From assembly GCA_040384445.1 (NCBI GenBank), contig JAZKJG010000004.1, positions 1 through 55,107 on the forward strand: 55,107 bases of DNA, given 5' to 3'. Positions 38,063 to 47,758 of the stretch are shown piece by piece. The position numbers and the translations under genes are program-made. The notes under the pieces are model-generated. The model searched no databases and was not told the DNA's origin. It was given only the letters and a program-made list of their open reading frames with translations. The stretch's first letter is position 1. Each line of letters starts with the position of its first letter. Source of the stretch: Patescibacteria group bacterium (GTDB lineage Bacteria; Patescibacteriota; Minisyncoccia; Phycocordibacterales; CAIZLB01).

Positions 38063-39337
38063 ATGGCACATAAAAGTAAAAAAGCAGGTGACTGGAATAT
38101 TGCACTCTATCTTGCTGTTCGACAATTGAAGCATGCAAGTTTGTGGACTACATCATTGATTGTTGCGGTGATGATGCTTACATTTCTAAACCTTGTAGTG
38201 GTAAATGGTATTCTAGTAGGATTGATTGAAAGTTCTATTCAAGGAAGTAAAGATAAATATTCTGGAGATGTTATCATTTCTACGCTTCGACAAAAAGCAA
38301 TTATTGAAAATAGTGCAGAGATTCAGCAAATTCTTACAAGTCTTCCGAACGTAACTGATGTAATTCCCCGAGTTCTTGCAGGTGGAAAAGTACAAGCAGA
38401 ATACAGAAAGTTATTGCGACAAGAGGAAACTCCAAACGAAGCACAGGTAACTGTAGCAGGTATTGATCCGAGTCTCGAAGATAAAGCAACAAATCTTTCT
38501 AAGTTTGTGATTGATGGAACATATCTCGATGAGGCAGATCGTGACGGTATTTTGATTGGTGCTTTTTTGATAAATGAATTGACTCCGATTGATAACGCAG
38601 GATTTCCACAGCTTCGTGGTGTAAAAATTGGTGACAGAGTAAAACTGACAGTTGATAAAAATAGTAAAGAAGTATTTATTCGAGGAATTTTAAAATCTAA
38701 GATTGATCAGATTGATGCCCGTGTATTTATCGTGCAGCCTGAACTTCGAAAATTAATTGGTCGAAGTGATGTGAACGTAAGTGAGATTGCGGTGAAGTTG
38801 ACACCAGGAAGCACAGAGGAAGATGCGGTACGTGTGAAAACAATTCTTGAAGCAAACGGATATGAGTATGATGCAAAAATTCAAACAGCAACAGAAGCTC
38901 AGCCAAAGTTCTTGAAAGATATGAAAGATATTTTTGGACTTCTTGGAACACTCATGGGAAGTATTGGTTTGGTTGTGGCTTCTATTACTGTATTCATTGT
39001 GATTTTCGTAAACACATTAACACGAAGAAAATTTATTGGAATTCTAAAGGGAATTGGAATCTCTTCAAAATCAATTGAGTACTCGTATATTATTCAATCT
39101 GCTTTTTATGCGCTTCTCGGAGCAGGGTTGGGTACTTTAATCCTGTATGGATTCTTGGTGCCATTTATTGATGCACACCCAATTCCATTTCCATTTAGTG
39201 ATGGTATCTTATATGCACCGCTTCTCGGAACATTCTGGAGAGCGTTTGCCTTATTTGTGGTAACAGTTGTTGCTGGATATATTCCTGCTCGTATGATCGT
39301 GGGGAAAAATACACTCGACTCTATTTTAGGTAGATAG
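38063..39337 (+). CDS. FtsX/MacB-type ABC transporter permease
   Basis: It has an N-terminal TM segment, a large extracytoplasmic domain and a C-terminal FtsX-like 3-TM bundle (FGLLGTLMGSIGLVVASITVFIV...RKFIGILKGIG). Confidence 0.8.
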   Translation: MAHKSKKAGDWNIALYLAVRQLKHASLWTTSLIVAVMMLTFLNLVVVNGILVGLIESSIQGSKDKYSGDVIISTLRQKAIIENSAEIQQILTSLPNVTDVIPRVLAGGKVQAEYRKLLRQEETPNEAQVTVAGIDPSLEDKATNLSKFVIDGTYLDEADRDGILIGAFLINELTPIDNAGFPQLRGVKIGDRVKLTVDKNSKEVFIRGILKSKIDQIDARVFIVQPELRKLIGRSDVNVSEIAVKLTPGSTEEDAVRVKTILEANGYEYDAKIQTATEAQPKFLKDMKDIFGLLGTLMGSIGLVVASITVFIVIFVNTLTRRKFIGILKGIGISSKSIEYSYIIQSAFYALLGAGLGTLILYGFLVPFIDAHPIPFPFSDGILYAPLLGTFWRAFALFVVTVVAGYIPARMIVGKNTLDSILGR

Positions 39338-40472
39338 CTTTCGTTTTCTCAACCATTGTTTCTATGGTAAATAAATCTTTTGTTTTTGCATTGAGTGCTG
39401 CTGCTTGTTTTTTTGCTGCATCCTGATTGTCTATATATGTATATATTGCATCCACGAGCGGTTGCACTTTTCCTGGTTCAACTAATCTTCCATCTACATT
39501 ATGTTCAACCACCTCTGAAATACCACCAACGTCAGATGCGATCACAGGTAATTCTGCAAATCCTGCTTCAACAATCGCGTATGGTAAACCTTCAGATAAT
39601 GAAGGGAACAGGTAATAATCAAATCCTTTTAAATAATTTGCTGCATCTTTTATGTATCCAAGTAAGAATACTCTATCAAGAATATTTCTGTAAATAATCT
39701 CCTTTTTTAGCTCATTTTCAATTTCACCTGCTCCAATAATCGCATATCTAATCTGGAGAGTTGGTCTTTCTTTTAAAATCTGATCGATAGCTTTTATTGC
39801 ATGCATGTGTCCTTTGATTGGGTGAAGTTCACCAACACTTCCAAATACTATTACGTTATCTGAAAACGTATGATCTGAAATTTTACTGAACTCTGCTCGA
39901 GCCTCTGTTTTAGAAAGAAAGTGAGGAGTAAGAATCCCGTTATGGATAACAGTTAATTTCTTTTTACTCACTGGCCATCTTTTAATATCTTTTACGATTT
40001 TATGTGAGACTGCAATTACGTTGTGTGAGAGTAATAGCATAATCATATACAGACCTTTGATAATCAGTTTAGAGAAACTAGATCTATCTTCATTGAATGC
40101 CCATCCGTGCACTGTAAAAATAATATTTTTTACACCCAACAATCTTCCTGCAACTGCTCCGAGCCCGCTTATCTTAGTGCTATTTACATGAATAATATCT
40201 GGTCGCTCCTTTCTAATAATTTTTATAATATTCACAAATGAAAAGATGTCTTTAGTTAGACTAATGTCTCGTTGCATAGTTTCAAGCTCGATAACATTAA
40301 TTTTTGCCTCAACCAGCTTTGTATACAGTAAATCTTTTCCTCCAAGCGCCACAGTGATATCAAAATGTTCCTGAGAAAGATTTGTAGCGATATCGAACAC
40401 ATACTTTTGAGCACCGCCCCAGTTTGATTTCGTGATGAAGATGATGACTTTTTTTCGTGTGTGGTTTGTCAT
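39321..40472 (-). CDS. GT4-family glycosyltransferase
   Basis: It has the C-terminal FPSLSEGLPYAIVEAGFAELPVIASDVGGISEVV (E-x7-E type) motif. Its 3' end overlaps the convergent 38063..39337 gene by 17 nt. Confidence 0.85.
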   Translation of the reverse strand: MTNHTRKKVIIFITKSNWGGAQKYVFDIATNLSQEHFDITVALGGKDLLYTKLVEAKINVIELETMQRDISLTKDIFSFVNIIKIIRKERPDIIHVNSTKISGLGAVAGRLLGVKNIIFTVHGWAFNEDRSSFSKLIIKGLYMIMLLLSHNVIAVSHKIVKDIKRWPVSKKKLTVIHNGILTPHFLSKTEARAEFSKISDHTFSDNVIVFGSVGELHPIKGHMHAIKAIDQILKERPTLQIRYAIIGAGEIENELKKEIIYRNILDRVFLLGYIKDAANYLKGFDYYLFPSLSEGLPYAIVEAGFAELPVIASDVGGISEVVEHNVDGRLVEPGKVQPLVDAIYTYIDNQDAAKKQAAALNAKTKDLFTIETMVEKTKAIYLK

Positions 40473-40537
40473 ATATAGTTAATGTTTACATAGATAAAGG
40501 GTGTTGTAAATGGAGCATTCATGCTACAATCCCACAC

Positions 40538-41887
40538 ATGGACATCGCAACACGCGTTCAATACAGAGAAAAAATCGGCCTATTTTTAGGGGACGTGTTT
40601 GTAGTCACTTTGTCTCTCTGGTTAAGTAGTATTATACGAAATACCTCTTTTCCATCAGGTGTTGAGTTTTTAAATTTTATTGCCCCATTTTTATATGTGG
40701 CTCCGGTTTGGTTTCTACTGTTCGTTATTGGTGGATTGTATGAGGGTCAGACGTTGGTTACGAAAAGAAAGATGCCAAAAGCAATTGCAGTTGTGCAATC
40801 TATAAATATTATTATTACGATTGTATATTTTTATCTTTTCTCTTCATATAATTTGGCGCAAGCAACCCCTAAAACTATTCTTGTACTGTATGCCGCGATT
40901 TCAATCAGTCTTTTGTTTGTGTGGAGATTGTATGTGTTTCGGTTTTTGTCAGAGGGAAGAAGAATAAAAGCATTGCTTATTGCATCTGGCCACGAACTCA
41001 TAGAATTAAAAGATGAGATTAACAACAATCCTCGATACCCATTTATTTTTGAAAAAACAATAGATCTTGATATGGTAGATTTTATTGATAAATCTGATAT
41101 TGGTGAATACGATGTCGTTGTTGTTGAAAGTCAGCATGCAAAAGCTCGGAAACTTTTGTCTTCTGTGTATCATGAATTATTTTTAAATAAAGGAAAAAAC
41201 TATTTAGATTTTGTGGATCTGTATGAAGAAGTATTTAAAAGAATTCCATTATCCTCGCTTAGTTATCAATGGTTTCTTGGAAATATTTCTGTAGTAGAGA
41301 AGAAAGTATACGACAGTATTAAAAGAATTATGGATATTGTACTTTCACTTATTTTGGCAATTCCACTTATTCTACTCTATCCGTTTGTCGCACTCGCAAT
41401 TAAACTGGAAGATAAAGGTGAAGTTTTTATTACTCAAACTCGCTTAGGTGAAAGGGGTGAGATTATTGATATAAAAAAGTTTAGATCAATGACTGGAAAT
41501 AAAGATGGTGTATGGATTGGGGAAGAAGGATCACTCAAGGTTACGAAAGTAGGTTCATTTTTAAGAAAAAGTAGAATTGATGAATTACCACAAATTATTT
41601 CAATTCTGAAAGGTGATTCTTCTCTTGTTGGACCGCGTGCTGATTTGAAAGGTTTAAGTGAGAGATTGATGCTTGAGATTCCATACTATGAAGCTCGGTA
41701 TATTGTAAAACCAGGTTTGTCAGGATGGGCCCAGGTAACACAAGAAGGACTTCCTCCGCAAAGTGTAGATGAGACAAAATTAAGATTGTCATACGATCTG
41801 TATTACATAAAACATAGATCTATTTTGCTTGATTTGATCATTGCGCTCAAGACGATAAAGACTCTTTCTATGAGAGTTGGAGTGTAG
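40538..41887 (+). CDS. Polyprenyl-phosphate sugar phosphotransferase (WbaP/bacterial sugar transferase family)
   Basis: KRIMDIVLSLILAIPL...KFRSM...RIDELPQIISILKGDSSLVGPRA matches the family. I prefer the ATG at 40538 over the track start at 40457. Confidence 0.85.
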   Translation: MDIATRVQYREKIGLFLGDVFVVTLSLWLSSIIRNTSFPSGVEFLNFIAPFLYVAPVWFLLFVIGGLYEGQTLVTKRKMPKAIAVVQSINIIITIVYFYLFSSYNLAQATPKTILVLYAAISISLLFVWRLYVFRFLSEGRRIKALLIASGHELIELKDEINNNPRYPFIFEKTIDLDMVDFIDKSDIGEYDVVVVESQHAKARKLLSSVYHELFLNKGKNYLDFVDLYEEVFKRIPLSSLSYQWFLGNISVVEKKVYDSIKRIMDIVLSLILAIPLILLYPFVALAIKLEDKGEVFITQTRLGERGEIIDIKKFRSMTGNKDGVWIGEEGSLKVTKVGSFLRKSRIDELPQIISILKGDSSLVGPRADLKGLSERLMLEIPYYEARYIVKPGLSGWAQVTQEGLPPQSVDETKLRLSYDLYYIKHRSILLDLIIALKTIKTLSMRVGV

Positions 41888-41899
41888 TATACTCAGCTC

Positions 41900-42955
41900 A
41901 TGAATCACACTGTTTTTATTACTGGAGCGGCTGGATATATAGGAGCAATGCTTGCGCATCAATTTGCTGGTCGGGATGATGTACGACAGATTGTTTGTCT
42001 AGATAGAGCTGCGCGACCGCAACTTCTTGAGGGTGTGTCAAAAATTATTTGGATTCAAGCATTTACAAATGACTCAACGTGGCAAAAGAGTGTTGCCGAG
42101 TACAATCCAGATATTGTTATTCATACAGCGTGGCAGATTAGAGAATTTTATGGAAAAGGAAAAGAACAGTGGCAACTTAATGTGGTTGGATCAGATCATG
42201 TATTTGAATTTGCGTTTTCAACACCATCAGTAAAAAGACTGGTTCACTATTCGACAGTCGCATCATATTCTGCACTTCCTGAAAATACGTATGAACATGT
42301 GTTTACTGAAGATGTGCCATTTCGAGATAGTGAATACTTGTATGCGCAGGAAAAGAAAGTAACGGAAGAACATCTGAAGGCTCTCTATGAAAAGGCAAAA
42401 AAAGAAAGAGCTCCGTATCCTCAAATTTCAATTATCCGTCCTGCATCTATCACTGGACCAAAAGGAAGATATTCTCGGAAAAATTTTGGATTGCAATCTG
42501 CATTGTCAGGTCAATTGAAAGAAACATTTGCCCAACGACTTGTAACAAGATTGCTTGCGTGGATGCCAATAACTCCACTATGGTGTCGACAGTTTGTGCA
42601 TGAAGATGATATTGCAGATATTACTGCACTCTTGGCATTTGGTCCAACAAATCACGAATACGAAGCATTTAACGCATGTCCACTAGGTTCAATTGTAACT
42701 GGAAAAGATATGGCCCGGGCAGTAGGAAAAAATACCATTACACTTCATCCACAAATTATTCGAGCAGTATTTTTTGTTGCGTGGCATCTCTCACGTGGAG
42801 GTATCCCGACATCACCTGGGGGATGGAAAACATATTCATACCCAATTGTTGTGGATGGAACTAAGATTTCTAAAAAATATGGATATACATACAAAATGAG
42901 TCCCAAAGATGCATTTACAAAAAAAGAAGGACGATACATGCAATACGTAAAATAA
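41900..42955 (+). CDS. NAD-dependent epimerase/dehydratase (SDR family)
   Basis: It has the Rossmann motif VFITGAAGYIGAML and a YxxxK context (YAQEKK). Confidence 0.8.
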   Translation: MNHTVFITGAAGYIGAMLAHQFAGRDDVRQIVCLDRAARPQLLEGVSKIIWIQAFTNDSTWQKSVAEYNPDIVIHTAWQIREFYGKGKEQWQLNVVGSDHVFEFAFSTPSVKRLVHYSTVASYSALPENTYEHVFTEDVPFRDSEYLYAQEKKVTEEHLKALYEKAKKERAPYPQISIIRPASITGPKGRYSRKNFGLQSALSGQLKETFAQRLVTRLLAWMPITPLWCRQFVHEDDIADITALLAFGPTNHEYEAFNACPLGSIVTGKDMARAVGKNTITLHPQIIRAVFFVAWHLSRGGIPTSPGGWKTYSYPIVVDGTKISKKYGYTYKMSPKDAFTKKEGRYMQYVK

Positions 42956-42958
42956 AAC

Positions 42959-43630
42959 ATGACTACAGATATAATCACAACAAAAAATTTAACGAAAACG
43001 TTTACAGATGGCGATAGAGAAACAAAGGTGTTGAAAGGTGTTGCTGTGTCAGTAAAAAGGGGGGAGTTTGTTGCAATCATGGGACGGTCTGGAGCAGGTA
43101 AAAGTACACTTCTGTATCAACTAGGCCTTCTTGATGTTCCAACCGATGGAGAGATTATTATTGATGGAGTAGATGTTCATTTGCTCACTGAAGAACAACG
43201 TATAGATTTTCGTTTAAATAAACTCGGATATGTGTTTCAGGATTATGCTTTATTGCCTGATCTTACTGCACGAGAAAATGTTGCACTACCACTTTTGATG
43301 CAAGGAATTAGTACGGTTGACGCATATAAAAAAGCAGATGAAGTTTTGGATATGGTGGGTCTTGCTGGAAAGTATGGAAATGTTCCAGCCAAACTTTCAG
43401 GAGGACAGCAGCAACGTGTAAGTATTGCACGAGCGCTTGCACATGATCCTGCAATTTTATTTGCCGATGAACCAACTGCGAACTTGGATATTGAATCATC
43501 AATGCGAGTATTGCAAATTTTTCAAGATATTCACGCGAAAGGACAGACGATTGTGATGGTGACGCACGAAGCAGAGTATGCAAAAGTTGCGGATAGAATT
43601 ATTGAGATGAAAGATGGGATGGTTGGGTAG
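42959..43630 (+). CDS. MacB/LolD-type ABC transporter ATP-binding protein
   Basis: GRSGAGKSTLL, LSGGQQQRVSIARAL and ILFADEPTANLD are the ABC motifs. Confidence 0.9.
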   Translation: MTTDIITTKNLTKTFTDGDRETKVLKGVAVSVKRGEFVAIMGRSGAGKSTLLYQLGLLDVPTDGEIIIDGVDVHLLTEEQRIDFRLNKLGYVFQDYALLPDLTARENVALPLLMQGISTVDAYKKADEVLDMVGLAGKYGNVPAKLSGGQQQRVSIARALAHDPAILFADEPTANLDIESSMRVLQIFQDIHAKGQTIVMVTHEAEYAKVADRIIEMKDGMVG

Positions 43631-43646
43631 AGATATAAAAGAAAAA

Positions 43647-43679
43647 CGCACACTGTTGGGGCAGTGTGCGGATTTTTTT
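43647..43679. terminator. Hairpin terminator
   Basis: CGCACACTG-TTGGGG-CAGTGTGCG, followed by GATTTTTTT. Confidence 0.6.
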
Positions 43680-43698
43680 GATGGAGATGTTTGGGTAG

Positions 43699-44061
43699 TT
43701 AAGCGGCTTTAGCTTTTGTTGAAATGGAGATTGACTGTTGCTCCAGTTCTTCGCGATGTTGCTGTTGATCAACGAGCCTCATGATGAGTGTTCCGTACAC
43801 ATCAGTGGGAAGTTGTGATTGAAGTGATTTAAGTGAGAATTCTTCTCCTTTCGGAAAATCTGAATTGGGTACAAACTTCAATTTGTGTTCCCCTCCATCT
43901 ATTGGAGTCACTTCGAGATGGAAGAGATGGGTTGGCTTGGTAACGTCCCCACTTCCTCCTGAATCTGTAACGGTGTACTTATTTGCAACCCTTTTTACTT
44001 TCGGGCCGAATATAAACTCCAGTAGACTTTTCCAGTTCCTGAACTCTAGAGTAGGATTCAT
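43699..44061 (-). CDS. Hypothetical soluble protein (120 aa from ATG 44061), GC-richer islet E
   Basis: The track ORF (43699..44106) starts at a TTG. The first ATG gives MNPTLEFRNW.... I recognise no family. Confidence 0.4.
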   Translation of the reverse strand: MNPTLEFRNWKSLLEFIFGPKVKRVANKYTVTDSGGSGDVTKPTHLFHLEVTPIDGGEHKLKFVPNSDFPKGEEFSLKSLQSQLPTDVYGTLIMRLVDQQQHREELEQQSISISTKAKAA

Positions 44062-44178
44062 ATATGTAAATAAAGAAACATGATGGTTTTTTCCCCGGAT
44101 GGCCAAGCGAATACGAGTCCGCAGGGTCAGTTGGTAATACTATCATAACTATCTAAAATATTGTATAGTGATATCCAC

Positions 44179-45960
44179 ATGCAGATTAGAAACTTCAGTA
44201 TCATAGCCCACATTGACCATGGTAAGTCGACCTTAGCTGACCGAATGCTCGAACTCACACAGACCGTTGAGAAGCGAAAAATGACAGCCCAAGTCCTAGA
44301 TGACATGGAACTTGAGAAGGAAAAAGGTATCACCATTAAGATGCGTCCTGTTCGAATGGAATATAAAGGATACGTATTAAACCTGATCGACACTCCAGGA
44401 CACATCGACTTTTCATATGAGGTATCACGAGCCCTTCGAGCAGTAGAAGGGTGTATTTTGCTTGTAGATGCAACTCAAGGAGTACAAGCACAAACACTCA
44501 CAACACTCAGAGCCGCGCAAGAAGTTGGTCTTACAATTATTCCGGTACTTTCAAAAGTTGATTCACCAATCGCTCGAATTGATGATATTAAAAAAGAGGT
44601 ATGTACACTACTTTCATGTTCTCCAGAAGATGTGCTTTTAACATCTGGAAAAACTGGAGAAGGCGTTGATATTCTTTTAGAAAAAATTATTAATACAATT
44701 CCTGCACCAACATACGAGTACGAAGGGAGAGATGAATTTAGAGCACTCGTGTTTGATTTTCAATATTCAAACCACCGAGGGGTTATTGTATATATCCGAG
44801 TGACAGATGGGTCTGTAAAAAAAGGAGATGAGTTGTTGTTTAAAATTGCAGGACAGAAATTTTTCGCCCTTGAGGTCGGTGTATTTACTCCACAAGAAAA
44901 ACCAGTTGATGTACTTGAGAAAGGGGCGATTGGATATATTGTAACTGGTATTAAACAATCTGGAGTTGCAACAGTTGGAGATACGATCACTCTATTTAAA
45001 AAACAGTTACCAGAACTTGATGGATATATGAAGCCTGCACCAGTTGTATGGGCAAGTATTTTTCCAGAAGATGCAGATGATTTTGAATTGTTAAAGCAGT
45101 CACTTGGAAAATTGTCTTTGTCTGACTCCGCATTTTCATATGAAGAAGAAAGTTCAGGAAGTATGGGACGAGGATTTCGATCAGGATTTCTTGGGCTACT
45201 TCACCTGGAAATTATTACAGAACGGTTGAAACGAGAGTATAATCTTTCGCTTGTGATTGCGACGCCGAGTATTACATATGAAGTAACCTTGAAAGATGGA
45301 AAAACGAAAACTGTATATTCACCGTCTCTTTTCCCGGAACATGGGCAGGTTGTAAAAGTTCGAGAGCCATGGATAAAAATGCAAATAATCACCCCAGAAG
45401 TCTATGCTGGTGCAATTTATCAATTGCTCTATGATCATGAAGGGGATTTGATTGAGACAGAAAACTTTGGAGACGGGAGATTGACGCTGACTATTTTAAT
45501 GCCGCTTCGAGAGTTGATGCGAAACTTTTTTGATGAACTGAAAAGTGTTTCTTCAGGATATGGATCTTTATCGTATGAATTTTTTGAAATGCAAGACGCA
45601 GATGTGACTCGAATGGATATTTTAGTTGCCGATGAACCAGTCGAAGCATTTACACGAGTGATCGCATCAAGACGTGCAGATGATGAGGCAAACAAAGCTG
45701 TAGATAAACTTGAAAAACATTTACCACGACAAATGTTTAATACAAAAATTCAAGCTAAAGTTGATGGACGAATTATTGCATCCCGAACACTTTCTGCAAT
45801 GCGAAAAGATGTAACAGGACACTTGTATGGAGGAGATGTGAGTCGAAAAAATAAACTTCTTGATAAGCAGAAGAAAGGAAAGAAAAAAATGGAAGAAAGA
45901 GGAAAGGGCAAGGTAACGATCTCACACGAGGTGTTTTTGAAGATGATGAAGAATGGGTAG
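44179..45960 (+). CDS. lepA: Elongation factor 4 (LepA)
   Basis: IRNFSIIAHIDHGKSTLADR...LIDTPGH.DF...NK.D matches LepA, including the LepA-specific C-terminal domain. The ATG lies 9 nt after TATAGT (44164-44169). Confidence 0.95.
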   Translation: MQIRNFSIIAHIDHGKSTLADRMLELTQTVEKRKMTAQVLDDMELEKEKGITIKMRPVRMEYKGYVLNLIDTPGHIDFSYEVSRALRAVEGCILLVDATQGVQAQTLTTLRAAQEVGLTIIPVLSKVDSPIARIDDIKKEVCTLLSCSPEDVLLTSGKTGEGVDILLEKIINTIPAPTYEYEGRDEFRALVFDFQYSNHRGVIVYIRVTDGSVKKGDELLFKIAGQKFFALEVGVFTPQEKPVDVLEKGAIGYIVTGIKQSGVATVGDTITLFKKQLPELDGYMKPAPVVWASIFPEDADDFELLKQSLGKLSLSDSAFSYEEESSGSMGRGFRSGFLGLLHLEIITERLKREYNLSLVIATPSITYEVTLKDGKTKTVYSPSLFPEHGQVVKVREPWIKMQIITPEVYAGAIYQLLYDHEGDLIETENFGDGRLTLTILMPLRELMRNFFDELKSVSSGYGSLSYEFFEMQDADVTRMDILVADEPVEAFTRVIASRRADDEANKAVDKLEKHLPRQMFNTKIQAKVDGRIIASRTLSAMRKDVTGHLYGGDVSRKNKLLDKQKKGKKKMEERGKGKVTISHEVFLKMMKNG

Positions 45961-45972
45961 GTTGAAAATAAG

Positions 45973-46001
45973 TTGACGTACAGTCTTAGGTATGGTTAAA
46001 T
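45973..46001 (+). promoter_or_regulatory. Promoter of islet F ORF
   Basis: TTGACG, a 17-nt spacer and TGgTTAAAT. Confidence 0.5.
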
Positions 46002-46031
46002 ATAAATGATTCTTTAACCCATGAACCTTTT

Positions 46032-46424
46032 ATGAATTTTCACCAAGTTTGTCAGATAATAGGTGTTCCTCTTTACATGTTTCTGGACAACAAGGGACTT
46101 GAACATTTTGGAGGTTTTTTTAATATGCCGAAGAGGTACGATGCGTCCGATGCTGCTCTGTTCATCAGTGGATTGGTGGCATGTGTTCCGATTCCAATTA
46201 CCCTTGGAACACATGCTCTTGCACGTAGTTTTGTTGCAACAAGTCTCCCTCGACCACCACGATGGTGTGTGCCCGCATCTGAGGATGGTGCGGTGATGTA
46301 TTACCAACACGGTTGTTTGCACACGGTGATAATCGCAGATCCTGGTCCTGTGTGGGAAATAAGGGATTTATGCTTTATCTGCATTCCAGTCGGTCAAACG
46401 CTCGACCAAACACTCGTCATGTAA
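46032..46424 (+). CDS. Cys-rich hypothetical protein (130 aa), GC-richer islet F
   Basis: This is a track ORF. I chose the strand from the upstream promoter and the downstream terminator, because other frames and strands are also open here. Confidence 0.4.
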   Translation: MNFHQVCQIIGVPLYMFLDNKGLEHFGGFFNMPKRYDASDAALFISGLVACVPIPITLGTHALARSFVATSLPRPPRWCVPASEDGAVMYYQHGCLHTVIIADPGPVWEIRDLCFICIPVGQTLDQTLVM

Positions 46425-46437
46425 TCCTCTCAACAAC

Positions 46438-46470
46438 AAAAACCGCCCCTCTCACGAGGTGCGGTTTTCT
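46438..46470 (+). terminator. Hairpin terminator after islet F
   Basis: AAACCGC...GCGGTTT with a 14-nt loop, then TTTTCTTT. Confidence 0.45.
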
Positions 46471-46480
46471 TTATAAAAAA

Positions 46481-46591
46481 TTATGTAAATAATATAGGCA
46501 AGTATGCAGCAACCATTCCAATAATCATAAGAAGTGCAATAATAGCCCATATAATCTGAACTTTTTGTCGGTGCTTTGGGTTAAGAAACAT
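46481..46591 (-). CDS. 36-aa single-TM mini-protein (MFLNPKHRQKVQIIWAIIALLMIIGMVAAYLPILFT)
   Basis: I translated it by hand (under 60 aa, so absent from the track). An extended -10 TGcTACTAT (46599-46607, minus strand) lies exactly 7 nt upstream of its ATG, the same architecture as the core genes. Confidence 0.5.
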   Translation of the reverse strand: MFLNPKHRQKVQIIWAIIALLMIIGMVAAYLPILFT

Positions 46592-46608
46592 GGTATACAT
46601 AGTAGCAG

Positions 46609-46929
46609 ATGAGAGAATTTCAGGCAAGAAAAAAACAATACGCTAATTGGCAAAAAATTATTCATTCAAAATGGTTTTTGATAGTTCTTTGTGTGTTGGT
46701 ATTCTTTCTTTCACGAGGTTTACTGCGGATGTACGGGAAGTACCGTGAAGTGAGGCATAATTTTGATACACTACATGCTGATATGGATCATTTGCAGAAT
46801 AGAGAGAAAGAGCTGAACAGAAACATCCGACGGATTAATGGGGTAGAGGGAAGGGACTATGAAATTCGGAAAAAACTTGATGTAGTAAAGCCTGGTGAGA
46901 AGGTGTTGTACATCATGGATACACCATGA
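46609..46929 (+). CDS. Septum formation initiator (FtsB/DivIC-like)
   Basis: It has an N-terminal TM segment, a coiled coil and the motif EIRKKLDVVKPGEKVLYI. It is the only core CDS ending in TGA. Confidence 0.7.
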   Translation: MREFQARKKQYANWQKIIHSKWFLIVLCVLVFFLSRGLLRMYGKYREVRHNFDTLHADMDHLQNREKELNRNIRRINGVEGRDYEIRKKLDVVKPGEKVLYIMDTP

Positions 46930-46941
46930 TATAAATAGCCC

Positions 46942-47202
46942 ATGGATACACCAACAACAAATCAAAAACACATCATGATTTACAGTACGCCAACATGTAC
47001 TCATTGTCATCACCTGAAAGACTATTTAACTGATAAAGGTTTTACATATGAAGATATCGATGTATCAAAAGATTTTGCTGCACTTCAGGCTTCTGTTGAA
47101 AAAAGTGGACAGAAGGGTGTGCCAGTAATAGATATTGAAGGAAAGATTATTGTTGGATTTGATCAAGAAGAGGTAGATGAAGCACTTGGAATTACAAAAT
47201 AA
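46942..47202 (+). CDS. Glutaredoxin-like protein (NrdH/YruB type)
   Basis: IMIYSTPTCTHCHHLKDYL...GVPVIDIEGKIIVGFD shows a CxxC thioredoxin fold. Confidence 0.8.
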   Translation: MDTPTTNQKHIMIYSTPTCTHCHHLKDYLTDKGFTYEDIDVSKDFAALQASVEKSGQKGVPVIDIEGKIIVGFDQEEVDEALGITK

Positions 47203-47219
47203 AAAACTAATATATATTT

Positions 47220-47747
47220 ATGGAGAAAAAAAACGTACTATTATACATCGCAATTCCTGTCGCAATTATTTTAATAGTTGCTGCAATTACAGTTATTAAC
47301 AAAAGAACAAATACAACTATGGGTGCCCCAATCTCATCATCAACAACTACAGAGCAAAATCTAGAACCGATTAAGGAAGCGGAAGCAGGGGATTTAGTGG
47401 TTGTACATTATACTGGAACTCTTGAAAACGGAACTAAGTTTGATAGTTCATATGACAGAGGACAACCTTTCGGATTTTTACTTGGACAAGGGATGGTTAT
47501 CACAGGATGGGATGAAGGACTTGTTGGGGTAAAGAGAGGGGATAAAAAGCAGCTTGTAGTACCTGGAGAAAAAGCATACGGAAATCAGGATATTCCTGGA
47601 CCAGATGGAAAGGTTTTGATTCCAAAAAATTCTACTCTTATCTTTGAGATTGAGGTTGTAGAAGTTATGGCAAAATCAAAAGTAGATCAGCTTATTAAAG
47701 AGCAGCAAGCAATGCAAGCTGCAGCGTCTACAAGTGAGCAGCAATAA
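47220..47747 (+). CDS. Membrane-anchored FKBP-type peptidyl-prolyl isomerase
   Basis: It has an N-terminal TM segment, then VVVHYTGTLENGTKFDSSYDRGQPFGFLLGQGMVITGWDEGLVGVKRGD. Confidence 0.9.
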   Translation: MEKKNVLLYIAIPVAIILIVAAITVINKRTNTTMGAPISSSTTTEQNLEPIKEAEAGDLVVVHYTGTLENGTKFDSSYDRGQPFGFLLGQGMVITGWDEGLVGVKRGDKKQLVVPGEKAYGNQDIPGPDGKVLIPKNSTLIFEIEVVEVMAKSKVDQLIKEQQAMQAAASTSEQQ

Positions 47748-47758
47748 TTTTTGCTCAC

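Noticed and set aside
46014-46322. Alternative ORFs in islet F (46014..46322 minus, 46063..46296 plus) and the pilin-repeat shadow ORF 11995..12318
   Set aside because: Several frames are open here only because the local composition is stop-poor. Orientation was chosen from the promoter (45973-46001) and terminator (46438-46470). The pilin frame is fixed by the N-terminal prepilin motif.
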